DNA from: Geosiphon pyriformis uo1
Lineage: Eukaryota; Fungi; Glomeromycota
Direction of reading: 5' to 3'
DNA: 64,000 nt
Assembly: GCA_016748015.1 (NCBI GenBank)
Contig: JAAOMT010000057.1
Location: 266,763 to 330,762, forward strand
The number at the start of each line of letters is the position of its first letter. The first letter of the stretch is position 1. The position numbers were made by a program, and so were the translations under genes. Shown one piece after another: positions 25,201-39,205 of the stretch. The notes beneath the pieces are model-generated. The model worked only from the letters and a program-made list of their open reading frames with translations, was not told the origin of the DNA and ran no database searches.

Positions 25201-27688
25201 AAGTTTAAGTACTAAGCAAAACTTTATATCTGCAATTATATTTCTATTTGTAAAAAAAACAAATTTAAAAGCAACAAATAATTTTTGGATTACTAAGTAA
25301 TTATAAATCATATATATATAATGAAAAAATTGTTAATATATCTAAATATCAAATTTTTAATAAAAATAATAATTTAAATAAATATTTTTTGCAATATATT
25401 TTCTATTATGTTATTGTATTTATTTTTTTATTAATTATTTTTTTAGAAATATAATAATTTATTTTATCAAGTTTTTATTATTATTATTATTATTAAAGTT
25501 TGTCTTTAATATAAATTATATAACTAATATTATAGTATTATTAAAATTATTATTTAATATAAATATAATAGCCAATATATATTTTATTTTAAAAAAAATA
25601 CATATTTTAAAAGTTTATTTATTATGTAAAAGTTAAAAAATAAAACTAATTAAATAAATAAATAACTTATAATTATTTTATTTTATTAATATTGTTATTT
25701 GCAAATTTTTTTTTGGATTTAATATAATATAAAATATTATAATTATATTTGTTTTAAAATAATATTTTACCAATTTTTTTCTTATTGCTTTAATTATTAT
25801 AATAAGTAATAAATCTAATATTAAATATATTAAAATAAATAAATAAATAAAACCAATTAAGATTATTAGACTTTATTAAATTTATTATTATTAACTATAT
25901 TTTTAAATTGATTAATGTTTTAATTATAATATCTTTAAAAAGGTTAAAAAATTTAGCAATTTTATCAAAGACAATTTAATAATTATATAAAATAACATAT
26001 TAATAATATAACATATTAATAAAAGTTAATATAAATATTAGTAAGAGTATTAAATGTTTATAAATTTACACTTTTGATTTTTGTATTTAAAATATATAAA
26101 ATTAGAAATAAAAAACTTGTTAATTTAAGAAATAATCTATTTTTGATTATATTATAAGTAAAATTTTATCAGATAAAACAATTCAAAATAAATTTATAAT
26201 ATTTAATTTAACATGTATTATAGATATATTTAAGAAATTTAAAGTATTTAAACAATATACAGATTACAGAATTAAGTTTTTTAATCTTAAATTATACAAA
26301 GTTTACATTAAAAAAATTTTAAATAAATTATATTTAGTTTAAATTTTTAACAAATATCTTGAAAACATTGTTTTTTATTTTATTTAAGACATTTTGTATT
26401 GTTAAATTAAAAATATAATTAAAATATTAAAATTAAAGTTGCTTTAAATTTTATTAAATATTTTTTTTTTCTAATTTTCTCTTTAATTTTATTATAAAAG
26501 TATTATTATTTGTAGTATTATTTAAGATAATAACAAAAAATTGTCGAAAAAAAATTAATTTAATAATTAATAAAATTAAACTGTTTTTTTGATTTTTTTG
26601 GCTAAAAATCTAACTTAAAACAATAATAAAAACCAATTTAAACTAATATTAAAAAAATAATTTTTGATAATATAAACATTATAATATTTTTAAGCCTTAA
26701 ATAATATTAATTTGCTATATAATATGTTAATTTTATTGTTGGCCATTAATTAATTCAAATTTATGCAAAATATATACATACAAATTTTTAATATAATTTT
26801 ATCTTTTAATACTTTAAAAAATTCATTTGCAATATTTATTTTATGTTATTTATTTATTAAACCAAAACCAATTATTGTTTATTAAATTCTAATTATTATT
26901 AATATAATAAGTAATAATAGAAATAAAAACTTTATTATTAAAAAATATTAATAATTTAATTTAAAAAAATTTTAAATTTGATAATATCTAAATATCTTTG
27001 TTATATTATAAATGTAAATAAAATAAAAAAAATATTTTATAATAAAAATAATATTTATTCTTAATTTTTGTTTATTTAAGATATAAAGTTTTATAACTTT
27101 ATTTTTAATTATATTAGCACAAACATATTAAAAAATAGAATTCAAATATTATAAAGAATACAAAAGTGACATCTAACTTTTAAAGCTGATTATTAAAATT
27201 GAATTTTTTTGATATATTGGAGAATATTTTATTATAATAAATAATTAATAAGTTAGATAATAATTATATTATAAAGTTTTTTATTATCAATATTAATAAC
27301 AATTATTACAAAAAACTAAAATAGTTTTCTAATTAAATTGGCTAAAAAATTAACAATTTTATTTATTAAAACATTTTTTAATTAATCTGTAATTTTTCTA
27401 AATATTTTGCTTTTTTTTATAATATTTTTTATTATAATATATAAATAGTATTTATAGTTTATAAAAAAATAATTTATGCACATATTTTAAAATTAATCAT
27501 TAAATTTAAACAAATTTGTGAATTTCAAACTAAACTTAAACTAAATTCAAACTTGTTAAAAAATTTTAACTTTAAATTTAAACTGAATTTACTTTGAAAA
27601 TTTGGTTTAATTCAAGTTTAATTTATAATTTAAACCAAATTTGAACAGTATTTAAAGTTTAATTTGGTTTAGTTTAATCAAATTCTTA
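24929..27688 (+). mobile_element. Possible heavily decayed DNA transposon (hAT-like, with GAACC/GGTTC-type subterminal repeats now A/T-converted)
   Basis: Both ends (24940-25110, 27500-27688) are arrays of aaacy/rgttt-like 5-6-mers. The left end recurs at 60065-60345. No readable transposase and no TSD found. Confidence 0.35.
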
Positions 27689-28254
27689 TTTCTAAAAATT
27701 TTAAATTATGTTTTATTGAAGCTAAATTTTATGTTATGGCTTTTATTTTTGCTTTTTTGGATTTTTTTATTATTAATCTTCTAATTGCTAATTATTATTA
27801 TTAATTCTTTAATTGGTTTTTATTTAGTTTTTTGAATTTCAATTTAAGTGTTTTGAATTTATTAATTAAATTTATTATTAGACTAATTAATAGATTATTT
27901 ATTTTAATTATTATTTTATTAATTATTATTTTTTTACATAAAAAGCTTAAAAATATAATTGCTATTATATAAAATAGAATATTTGTTTTTAATAAAATCT
28001 TAAATAAAATTAATATTAAAATAATTAAAATAAAAACTAGGTATAATATTAAGATTAATTATATAAAAATATTTATACTTAATTAATAATTTTTTTAAAA
28101 TCAATAGTTATTTAATATTAAGTTATATATAGATAAAACTATTAATATTATTATAAATAATAGTTTATTAATTACAATAATTTATAAAATGTTTTTACAA
28201 AATAGGTTTTTTTTTATAAACTTAATATAATTTAACTTAAATTAAGTTTATATC

Positions 28255-30309
28255 TTTTTTTTTTTTTTAAACTCATTTAATGAGTGCAGCCCAATCACTA
28301 TCTAGTACATAGAACCAAACTAAGAGGCTCAAACTAAACGTGACTCATGCACTTTCTACATGTGGCTAGCCACTCAGGCCAGACAAGGCAACACTACACA
28401 TCTATAACTACCCGCACACTGCCACCCAGACCAGAAAAGAAACAATAAGGCTTCTGACAACCAAAGCTAACAGCAAAAGAATTGGCCAAACCAAGCAATC
28501 TCACAACACCATCAGACAAAACCGAAGACACACCACAAGGGAGCTCAGAAACAACACCAATATCACAGACCAGACCAGCCTTCTCCATCACTACCCAGTG
28601 GCTGGCTCTAGTCAACCATACTTTAGCACGATGTAATCCAACAACGAACCTGACATAATCAACAATCTGAGCAGTGGCCACCTTTCTATCCTCAAAAACA
28701 ATGCAAGTCTCCTTATACCACTCCTCCAGCACAAACCCTTTGCACACCAAAGTGTACAGCCCAACATCAATGGAACATTGAGACAAAACCCGCAACACAA
28801 CAGAAGCAGGGGAACCACCAGCCAAAGCCGATCAACAGGCAAAAGCCTTCACCAAAATCTCACCACGAATGCCAGACTCATAAACACAAGTAAAAATGTG
28901 GTCAGAGAACTCCACCTCATCGCAAAACAAACACAACACATTAGGGTAGCATTTATCATACAACCTCTTCCTTACTGCCACTGGCAACCTCCTGTGCACA
29001 GTCTTCATAACATAAGTGCAAAGCATTGAGGATATGCAGCTAGTGAACCCAGCAAGCATATGAGAATCAGGATGCCACACCTTCACCGTGACAACCCAGT
29101 CTATGCAACCAATCATCGCATCTGGAACTACATCACAACCAGGCCCAGCTTCCCAACGAGCACAACAAATTGATTGAAAAATATTCCTAACAAAATGACG
29201 GGCATTACCAGAAACAGTGACACCCTCAGCAACCAAAAAATGTTCACACACATCGGCACAAAGGGAAAATGGAGACCCAGAGGCAGCCCCAGCAGCCAAG
29301 TCAGCTCTCACATTACCAGGAATCCCAAAGTGTTCTTTAACCTTAACCCAACTCATGCTGAGATTCTTATTCCTGACCAAATTGAAAATATAATGCCTTT
29401 CCAGCCAGCATTGATTACGGAAATCAGGGGCAACCAAAAACATCTCAGACACACATGCGTCAATGGCAGCCTGGCTGTCAAAACATAACACCACAGTACT
29501 TGAAGAAGGAACACACTCCAAAGCCAAAGCAACAGCCTGTAACTCGGCCATAGTAGATAACAAAAGACCATGAACAGCGACTCCAATGCTCTTATTCAAG
29601 ACCGGAAAGTAAGCAGCAGCACCACAGTCGACTTCAGCAGAGCCAGCATTCCTCAAAGACCCATCCGTAAAAACTTCAAAAAAGCCTGACCAAATGTCAT
29701 ACAATCCATCTTTAACTGCAGAAAATTCCCCAGACCCCAAAATGTCCAAACCAAGCTTTTCCGCAGAGCCAACAGAACCAGAAAATGAGTAACCCTGACC
29801 TTTCAAAAACTCAGAAGAAACCATAAACCAGTGAGACACAGGGCCACGCAGATCCAACCTCTTCCAACAATGAAAAGTTTTCCAATCCAACAAAACACCT
29901 TTCTTATCAAAAAGCCAATCACCAAAAATGATACCAAAATGTTTAAAAGATTTGACCGAATCAAAATACAGAGACTTTCCAAGAACAGAGGACAATGGGA
30001 ACCGACCAGGACTACGAAATGCAGTGGGGAGGTTGTTCACCAAAGTAAGCTCATTGCCCAGAAAGATCTTCATCATCCCAGCCAAAAAATTGTTCACCGG
30101 ACTAACACGCAACTTGACTGGAAACTGCAAAGGATCCAAAGGAGCCCAACTAAGAACCTGTAAGTCCAAAAACTTATGTCTAAACAAACGCCCAAGAATG
30201 CCAAAGGCATTAGAAAATGCCATCAAAGCAGCAACCTTCCCTTCTGACTGCACCTGCTCAAAAGGTTTTAGGCCATACAATGAGGGATAATGCAAAGCAG
30301 TGTCAGGAG
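28255..30309 (-). mobile_element. 5'-truncated LINE (copy 5): post-RT region, RNase H, CCHC, 3'UTR, poly(A)
   Basis: HYPSLYGLKPFEQ, VFTDGSL, AELQAVALALE, DSQAAIDA, CLFCDEVEFSDHIFTC. Stop 28394-28396, 3'UTR, T-run 28255-28268. Confidence 0.93.
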
Positions 30310-32038
30310 TTTATATCTAATTATATATAAAAAATATATGTATTATATTTAATTTAAATTATTTAGTTTAACTTATTATATTAAATAATGTTAAATTTAA
30401 AAAAAAACAATAAATTTTCTTGAAAACTTTTTTTCTGTTGTTAATAATTTAATATTAAAAGCAAAAAATTTTACAGATTTAAATTTAAATCTTTTTTGTT
30501 ATTTTTAATACAAATTAACCAAAAAAACTTGGTTTAAGTATTTTGTAAAATTGTATTGTTTAAATATCAAAAACATTTTTGTTTTTATTTAAAATAAAAC
30601 ATATTTTTTTAATATAATACTTTTTTATATTTTTAATATTTAATATTTTATTAATATTATTATAAAAACTGATTATATTACTGTTTTAAAACACAAATTT
30701 TTTAAAATATACCAGATTTATTTATTTTTATATTTAAATTATTAATAAATATTTTTAATACATATTTATTAATATTAAAATTTTTTGTTTTATTGTTTAA
30801 TTTGTTTAATTTATAATTTATTATGTTTTTTTAATATTAAAATAGATTTTTTTTATTTGATTATTTTGTAATAAAATTGTTTATTATGTTTTAAGAACTA
30901 TTTCAAAAAATTAATTTAATTAAAACCAAAAATTACAGAATTTTCTTTGATTAATTATTAAAAAATATAATACATAATAATTTAATTAAGTAAAAAAGTA
31001 ATAATTATGTATTTAATATAATTTTTATTTATTATCTGAATATATAAAATAATAAAATTAAATAATTAAATAAAAAAAACATATAAATAAAAAACATGTA
31101 AATACTTAGTATTTTAATAAATTGTAATATTATGTTTTAATTAACTATATCTATTACAAATATATATACATAATTTTTTTTGATAATAAATTTATAATAT
31201 TTGGTTTTTAAATATTTTTTTGTTATAAAATTAACAGATTTTCAATTAATTCAGATTTATTTTTCTTGTTTATATTATTAACATAAATTTAAAAAATTTT
31301 TAAAAATTTTAATTTTATATTAACTTGATAAGTATAATTGTTATTTTTTTATACTAATTAATAAACTTTTTAATTATAATAATATTTTATTATAATTATT
31401 ATAATCAACAACAAATTAAATAATATTTTATGTTAGTCTTTATACTTTTTTATATTTGATTTTTTATTATATTGTATAATATAAAATACATATTACAAAT
31501 TTAAATATATTTAAAAAATTTGATATTAATTTTTTATTTAAATGATTTTTTGTTAATTTTTGGTTTATAAAACAATAAGTATTTATAATTATATTATTGT
31601 TTTTTTGTTTCTTATTATATTATCAAATAAATATTATTTGAATATAAAATTCTATAATCTTTAAGTACATTATTATTTTGAAATAATAATAACAAATAAT
31701 GTTATAAGATATATTAAATATTATTACAAATGTTTTTTTAGATTTATTAAAATTTTTATAACTTGGTTTTTGAGTTTATTGCTTAAATAATCAAAAAAAA
31801 TTTCAAAAGTTTTTGTAATAAAGTTTTTTGTATAATAAATAAAAATTTAATATAATAGTTATTAATACTTAATATTTAACCTTTTAACATAGTAACAAAA
31901 AATTACAAAAACTTCTTTTTTTCTTTCATCCCAAATTCCTAAAAAAGAGTTAAAAGTTTTTTGAAAGAATTTTTTACAATTCAGTACAATAAATCAAAAC
32001 CATTTCTGCTCAACTACGAGACCATTGTTGGTCCCAGT

Positions 32039-33837
32039 ATGGCTGCAATGAAAAAATCTGTTAAGAGTTTTAGTGTGGATACTGTTAGCAAAGATGTTGC
32101 CTCTAGAAAAAAAAGAAAAGGGGATGTTCTAAAAGACGGTGTTGTTCATGATATGGTTTTACCTGGTAAATCAGTTGGTGGTTCTTGGGAGTCTGAAGCT
32201 GGTGATACCACTGAATCTGACAGTGTAGATATGAAGAAAAAGTTCTTGATTAAGGAAACTAGTGTGGATTATAGAAAGGGAGATGTTCTTAAAAGAAAAG
32301 TCTGTAACCAAATGCCAAATGGTCCGAGGTTGGTTACCAAGCAGGCTCTGGGCAAGTCTTTAGGCAAAATCAACTTTCTGGGCAATGATGATGATGATGA
32401 TATTCTCCTGGATAAACCTGTGGTGCTTTCTCCTTCTCTCAAAAAATTAGTTGATGTGTCTGCTAGAAAGTTTTTTGCTTTGGATATTGATCTGGTTAAT
32501 ATTTCTAGAAAATCTGCTCAGGACAAGCTGGCTGTGATCAGGAAATTATTTTCGAAAATTAATGGTTTTGGGGGGGCCTCTACCCCTTCAAAATTTTCTG
32601 GGATCATCCAGAGGACGTTCACTTCCGAATCTAGCTTAATGAAAGCTACCAAATTAGCTGCTGATGTGAAAATCTTGGTGAACACCGATCTTAAGAAATC
32701 AACTGGTTGCTCAGATCAGGCTGTAGTGTTGAAGAAAATTCTGGTTGGAACATCGGCTAAAACTGTGTGCACTGCACTAGCTGAATTTAGTACTATTAAG
32801 TCAATTAAGATGCAGTTGGTGAAGCTGTGGCAAAAAGTAATCATTGAATTTGAGAAGCAAAATCAGACAGATCTTTTAGCAGCTAGGTGGTCCATCCTAA
32901 TTGGAAAAGATGCAGTGCGTGTTGCCAGATCAGATTTGGACAAAATAACATGGGATATAAGGGATTATTATAGGGCACTGCTCTATACTCTTCCAGTAAG
33001 AACAAATGCTTACGACATTTGGGACTTCATTGGTTCTGTGGATGGGAAAACATGTGTGATTGATTACCATCCAGTTACATATGCTCGGGCCAGATGTGCT
33101 GTTGTTTGTTTTGAGTCAGTGGAATCATTGGATGCTGTCATGGAAACCACACCCATGTTAAAAGGTGCTCATCTTTGTTGGTTTTATCTTGGTTCTGCTA
33201 AATGTGCAAAGTATGGAAAACTGGGTCATACCTCTCTGGGCTGTGTGACAGGTAAGAAACCATCCTCTGGTGGCTTGCCATGTCAGGTTCTTTCAGATGT
33301 AGATAAAAGCAAGCTGGCGGCCATTTATGCCAAGCGTTCGGCGCCTGTTGCTCATCCTGTTTCTTTTGGTGGTGTCTTGTGGGCCAAGATTGTTGTTAGA
33401 TCCTCCTTTCCTCCTCTCCTTGTTCAGAATGTTCTGTTGAATAATGGCTCCTCTTCAGAGATGAAGCCTACTCTGCAAATATCTTCAGTATTAAATAATA
33501 GGTTTGCTGCTTTTGAGCGCAGTCTCGCCAGCCTCGCAGAGTGTGTGGATAAGCTGACTAAGAGGTTGAATGCACCTGGGCCAACAGTTTCCCAGCTTAA
33601 CCCTGGATGTCAGCCATTGGTGACCCCTTTATTACAGAATTAAGGGGCAGATATAGTGATGAGTGAGAGTTTGGGTGTGGCCACTAGTGGTGGAACTGTT
33701 GTAGGAGTGGCAAATTTTGACTCTTTAGTTGTCTCGAGAATGGAAAAAACATTGAGAATTCTTCAGTTATGGTTATGAGCCTTTCAGCTAGAATGGACAA
33801 TGCTAGTTCAATTCCTGCTCTTCATTTTTTCCAATGA
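32039..33837 (+). pseudogene. LINE ORF1 pseudogene (third N-terminal type)
   Basis: FSTIKSIKMQLVKLWQKVIIEF, WSILIGKDAVRV, CAKYGKLGHTSLGC. Premature TAA at 33641. The true end is the CAATGA overlap at 33832-33837. Confidence 0.85.
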
Positions 33838-33907
33838 CAAATCTGGTTTGGAAATTTGCTATGTGCAATGTTCGGAGTATCAATGTCCCTGCTAAGCAGG
33901 AAGACAT

Positions 33908-34750
33908 TGTTATTTATAGAATATAGAAAATATAGTATTACTAGCCAATAGATATTAGCCAATCAGATGTAAATGTAGTAAATGTGGAATTCCAAGATTC
34001 CTCTCAGAGGAATTGCAGGATTCCAGGAATTTTAGGATTCTCTGACAAGGAATCGCAGGATTCCAGAATTCCAAGATTCTTCTCATCAGGAATCACAGGA
34101 TTCCAGAAATTCCAGGATTCCTGTCGTAAAAAATTGAGAAATTGAGGAATCTCAAATATGTATATATAGCAGTAGTGTTAGAAGCAGAAAAGACAGAATC
34201 AACAAGAAGAATTCTTAGCTTAGTTACCACAATCCTAAAGAATAAATAATTATTCACTATATCAAATTTGTTCTTTACTATTAATATGAAGTGTTGATAG
34301 TAACTGATACTTAACCATAGCTCTTGATTATGGCTATTGACGAGATACTAACTTACAAATTGCCTTGGCTTATTTTCTTATTTTCTCTTTTATCTTTCTT
34401 TGATTTTGTTGTACATACTAATTAATTAAGGATTAAAAGTGCTGAGTTATTGATGTCACGGATAGCCTGGTAAAAGACCCAAAAATAAGGGTAGATTTAT
34501 ATATATTATCAGTTAGCTTATCAGAAGGGCACAACTGCCAGAATAAATCTGGCCACTAAACTGAGAAAGAAATTGGAAAACAATTGAACATATGAACACC
34601 ATCACTATTGAATCTCTGTTTATTATACAAAAGACTCTATCAAAACCTTCAGATACAACACTTTCAGAACATTATCAACAGAAATAGCTTTTGAGCACCA
34701 AGTTACAGGTGTGTTATTTGACTCGAGACCCCAAATAGTTATCTGTAAAA
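33908..34750 (+). repeat. 5' LTR (843 bp)
   Basis: Direct repeat of 43180-44033. Lacks an 11-bp segment (attggaacaat) present in the 3' LTR. Ends TAAAA where the 3' LTR has TAACA. Confidence 0.95.
33987..34153 (+). repeat. LTR-internal ~40-bp tandem repeat (GGAATYRCAGGATTCCAG...) upstream of a TATATATA box
   Basis: 3-4 units, also present at ~43258-43425. TATA-like element at 34161-34168. Confidence 0.8.
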
Positions 34751-34752
34751 TT

Positions 34753-34768
34753 TGGTGCTCCCTGTGAG
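34753..34768 (+). promoter_or_regulatory. Primer-binding site TGGTGCTCCCTGTGAG
   Basis: TGG begins 2 nt after the 5' LTR and is complementary to a tRNA 3' end (...GGGAGCACCA). The tRNA is not determined; it resembles elongator Met or Ile(UAU). Confidence 0.8.
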
Positions 34769-34812
34769 ATATAATCTTACAGAGAACTCGCACCAACAAA
34801 CACCATTCAAAA

Positions 34813-36600
34813 GTGGCAGAATCAGAAAATATAGGAGCAAACCATTTAGGATTCACAAAATCCTTATTTCAACACTATTGTCAATACTTGGGATTAAACC
34901 ACAATTATATATCCACCGAATCAGCCTTCAATTTCTATGTCAATGAAAAGATTTCCTCTTTGTTAAAAACGCCAGTAAATACTGAATCAGCAAGAGAAAC
35001 TTTCTATAGGGAATTAATTCAAAACACCAATCTATCAACAAATCATAATTTCGCATCCATTATCACTAAGATCAACAAAGAAATTGAACATCACACCCAA
35101 CAAAGATATTTAATTACATATGTTAGTAAAGACAAAGGAAAACTACAAACACTAGCAGTAACATCCAGAAAAATACAACCACTTACTTAGAAGAAAAACA
35201 GAATTGAATCCCCAAGCAACCCATCCTACCATTATACACCCGGAAGTGCCATTAACATATCATCAACAGATGCATCCCCATCAACTGCAACATCAGCATT
35301 TGGACAATTCCCATTCCAAAGTAGACAAAGGAAAACAAAATTATTAGGACTATATGGCAAATATTTTGAGAGATTTAATTCGCAATTATTAATCTTATCA
35401 AGACTTCAATCACCACCACCTCTACCAGATTTCGGAATTTCTAATCTGTGAGAAGTAATGGAATCAGAAAAAAAGGAAGAAGAATCAGAGGATTAAGAAT
35501 TCACTTACCAGCACTTGATTACTAAAAACCCAGAAGTTGAAACCCCAAATCTTCAAACTCAGCAAAATCTAAATTTAGAAAATTCAGAAATCAAAACTCC
35601 GAATCATCAAAGGCAGAACAATCCAAACTCCGAATTAATTAATTAGTAAAACTTACCTCTGGTAATCATCATTGATCAACTGCCAATTAATCTCATAGCC
35701 AAACCCATACAGCAGCCACTTCAATTACCACCCCAACAACCAATACAACAACAACCACTTCAACAACCACCACAACCACCCAACTTAGATTCAATGGCCT
35801 ATGCACCAATCACAAAACTTGACAACTTTACCAGCAAAGAGAACAATGCTCAAGTATGGCTGAATAATGTAGAAAAAACCATCACAGCCAATGGATGAAA
35901 TAATGCCTGAGCAATGCAAGCCATTCCCTACTTTCTCAAGGATACTACCAATTCATGGTATCAGAGCTTGATTAATAAACCACAAGATTTCAATGCCTTC
36001 AAAGTGGAATTCCTAAGATACTTCAGCAACAATAACAGCATTAATTGACTAGTCAATACATTCACCACTATGAAACAAGGAGAAACTGAAGCAGTCACCA
36101 CTTATCTGGAATGCTTCTATCAAAATCTGTGCCAAATTCAAGCAATTGATGCCAACTATTTCACAGCACCACAAATTCTCAACCAGTTTATCTATGGCCT
36201 GTGCAGCAGCATCTTGCAACATGTACATCTATTGCATTCAGACACACTTCAAGATGCAGTCACATGCGCCAGAGATTTTGAATCCACTGAGTCAGAGGCC
36301 AACCATGCCCAAGCCATTAATCTAGTAATGAATGGATCATCTGAATTGGATTCCAAATTGGAGAAGTTTAGTGAATCAATTAATAAGAGATTGGAAGGAT
36401 ATTTAGCTGACAATCATACTATTTATCAGTCTTCACAACAATGCAATAATCAAGAAAACTCTAATCATGCCCAAAATCAAACACGTCCATCTTCATCGAC
36501 CAATCAACAATGGCAACAGGAAATGCATATTTGCCACTATTGTGATAAACAAGGACATATTCAAATCAACTGCCACCAGCATTTAAATAACCAATAATCA
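34813..36600 (+). pseudogene. Gypsy gag pseudogene (long N-terminal extension, capsid domain, CCHC nucleocapsid)
   Basis: Capsid-like MAYAPITKLDNF...VWLNNVEKTITANG.NNA.AMQAIPYFL from ~35793, MKQGETEAVTTYL, and knuckle CHYCDKQGHIQINC at 36532-36573. Confidence 0.85.
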
Positions 36601-37189
36601 GGAAATCAATATTGAAACCCCGATTGCTGGTTTTCAACTCCAAATCATCAATCAAACTCAACACAATATCAAACCACTTATCTATTAATAACACAGCAAC
36701 CAATCTATCAACCACTAGTATATCAACTTCCAGTGTATCAAAGCCCAACCATTTATTTGCTGTAGCCACAAATAATCTATCAGCTGCTGCCTTAAGTGAT
36801 CTATTAACCCCAACAAATTTAAACATCACCCCAAAACTCAGCTACTATAACATCAGAAAACCCAAGACCTAGAATCACTTAAAACTGGAGATTGGCAATG
36901 GTTGTCCACCAACCAATTCCCAACTCCTATCATCAACCAGCTGGATCACACTCTTGGAATTCGGGTACTGGTTCCACCCAAAACCCGAATTCTCAGAACT
37001 ATTTAAGTCTCCTGGTTACTTCAGAAGATGCCACTTCCAACAATTTAGAAACCAACCAACAAGCAACACTTACCAGCAACATATCTCCAGCCACTGTCAC
37101 CAATAATGAATCATTAGCAGCCATCTTCCCTTTTGAACTTGAAGAACCATTTCAATTACCATTATTCAGTGAAGCCGCCCTTAAGGAGA

Positions 37190-37530
37190 AACCTATCACA
37201 GTGATGTACACTAATGCAAAAGTAGATGGACATCCTATCAAACTCATCCTTGATAGTGGTTTAACAGGCAGCATCATCACCAAGCAACTTATGGATCAAT
37301 TAGATCACTGAGTTGATCGAGCTGCCAGCACTAAAATTATTACTGCAGATGGTGCCACGAAAATGCCTATTGGCGAAATTGACAACTTCCCAATTAAAAT
37401 CAATGGCATTGTTACCTCCATTAAGGTCTTGGTGATGGAAGCAACTCAGTACCAAGCACTAGTTAATAATGATTGGCTAGTCAAAACCAACACTATGCTC
37501 GACTAGACCACGCAAAAACTCCAGCTCAGT
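37190..37530 (+). pseudogene. Gypsy aspartic protease domain
   Basis: KVDGHPIKLILDSG (DSG at 37252), IITADG, ALVNNDWL. Confidence 0.88.
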
Positions 37531-38789
37531 CAGAACGGATGACACACATGGGTCCTAGCCACATGTGGCCACTTCAAAACCACCAACTTGTTAGCATCAC
37601 TAATTGACTTCAAAGAAGAGAAGACAAAACCTATCTGGGAAGCCTACCAAGTCTTGTGAGCCAACCCAGACCACAATGAACTGCTGCCAATACTCTCATA
37701 GAATGACAACTCTAAGGGAAAGCAAAAAGAGGAACTGACTTGGGAGATAGACGATTTGATCTGGACCGACAATGAACAGAAAGAACCATCAAGTTGGAAG
37801 TGGAAAGAAAAAAAAAGAAAAGGGAAAGAAAAGAAGGAAGAAAACACTCCAGTCAACAACACTTATATCTCATACACTTACGGTCAACAACAATCATCAA
37901 CCTATTGCCAACCCAAACTAATATGCGTCAATTGTGACAAGAAATTGTTATCAATAGGCACATGCTGTGGTAACAATGAGGAGTATTCAATGGCAACTAA
38001 ATTCTATTGTTGCCCATGCATCCTAAAACATTTTGGGAGACCAAAACGAGTAGGAAAATGGGATAATACATCATGTCTAGCTTGTGAAAAGACTCTTTTG
38101 GATGAAGGAATATGGAACAACATTCCTGAACATGGAGAAGCATGTGACAAAACATGTTAGTATACCATTTTAATAAATGATTGGGTATGTAAAGAAACTT
38201 TCATTGATGACACTTGAAAAAAAGCATTACAATGTTTGGAAAGATACTCACACAATGAACACAAAATCTAAAGAATGACCAACACCATGGCAGAAGGCGT
38301 GACAACCAGCAAACTACTGGAAATCAAAAACAACCCACTTACCCTTCCTGAACCTGAGTACATTGTAACTTTCAACATTTTCGACGATGTCAAAGATGAT
38401 CTCAAGCAATTTCACAAGCACTACCAAAACCTGGCACCCACGAAAGAGGAGCAAAAACAATGGCTAGCACAGTTGAATACAAGACTGTGTTGCCATTGCT
38501 TAATTCCCAGTGATTTTGAATATTGTGACAATTGTGATTTCATCTACAATCCACTACCATGCATAATATACACCATCCCAGAAGAAATCGAACCAATCAG
38601 CAACTATGCATCAGAATTGGAATTGATTTTCAATCCCAATTCAAACTCTGACAATGACAACAACAAAAACACCAGTTCTAGTTTGGTTCAATATGGCAAT
38701 GAAAAGAACTCAGATTCAAATTCCAATTCAAACTATGAACAATATATCGCATTTCCTAACCTCGCCAAGGAACAGAAACTGAAATGGTT

Positions 38790-39205
38790 CAGCAATAACA
38801 ATGAAGGTATCATACTAGAATGCACACACGATACTGATGCAGGATTTGATCTGAGATATCCGGGAACAGAAGCCATCAAATTAGAACCACATACGCACAC
38901 CTGCATTGATTTGAAAATAGCACTGAAAATTCTGGCAACAACAATGGTTCAATTAGCATCTAGGAGTAGTTTAGTGAAAAAAGGGATTAATATAAGAGGA
39001 GGAATAATTGACGCAGGATATGTAGGAAATATTATCACTATGCTACAAAATGACTCAAAGAAGACTTATATAATAGAGCCCAATAAAAAGATAGCACAGG
39101 CAATATTCCTGCCTCTGGTTAGAATAGCTCAGTTAGTATCAGTGGGAAAGAGGGAGGAATTAGGAATAACAGCAAAAGGATACAGGGATTTGAATCGACA
39201 GGTAG
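38790..39205 (+). pseudogene. dut: dUTPase domain within gypsy pol
   Basis: Motif I AGFDL, II SRSSL, III GIIDAGYVGNI, IV KIAQAIF. Motif V (KG)IQGFESTG is readable after a 1-nt frameshift near 39180. Confidence 0.92.

Noticed and set aside
33987-34153. CRISPR-like repeat/spacer pattern
   Set aside because: The spacers are only ~10 nt, the array is duplicated in both LTRs, the context is eukaryotic, and there are no cas genes.
38790-39205. dUTPase as a host or horizontally acquired standalone gene
   Set aside because: It lies inside pol between the LTRs, has no introns, and is decayed like the rest of the element.
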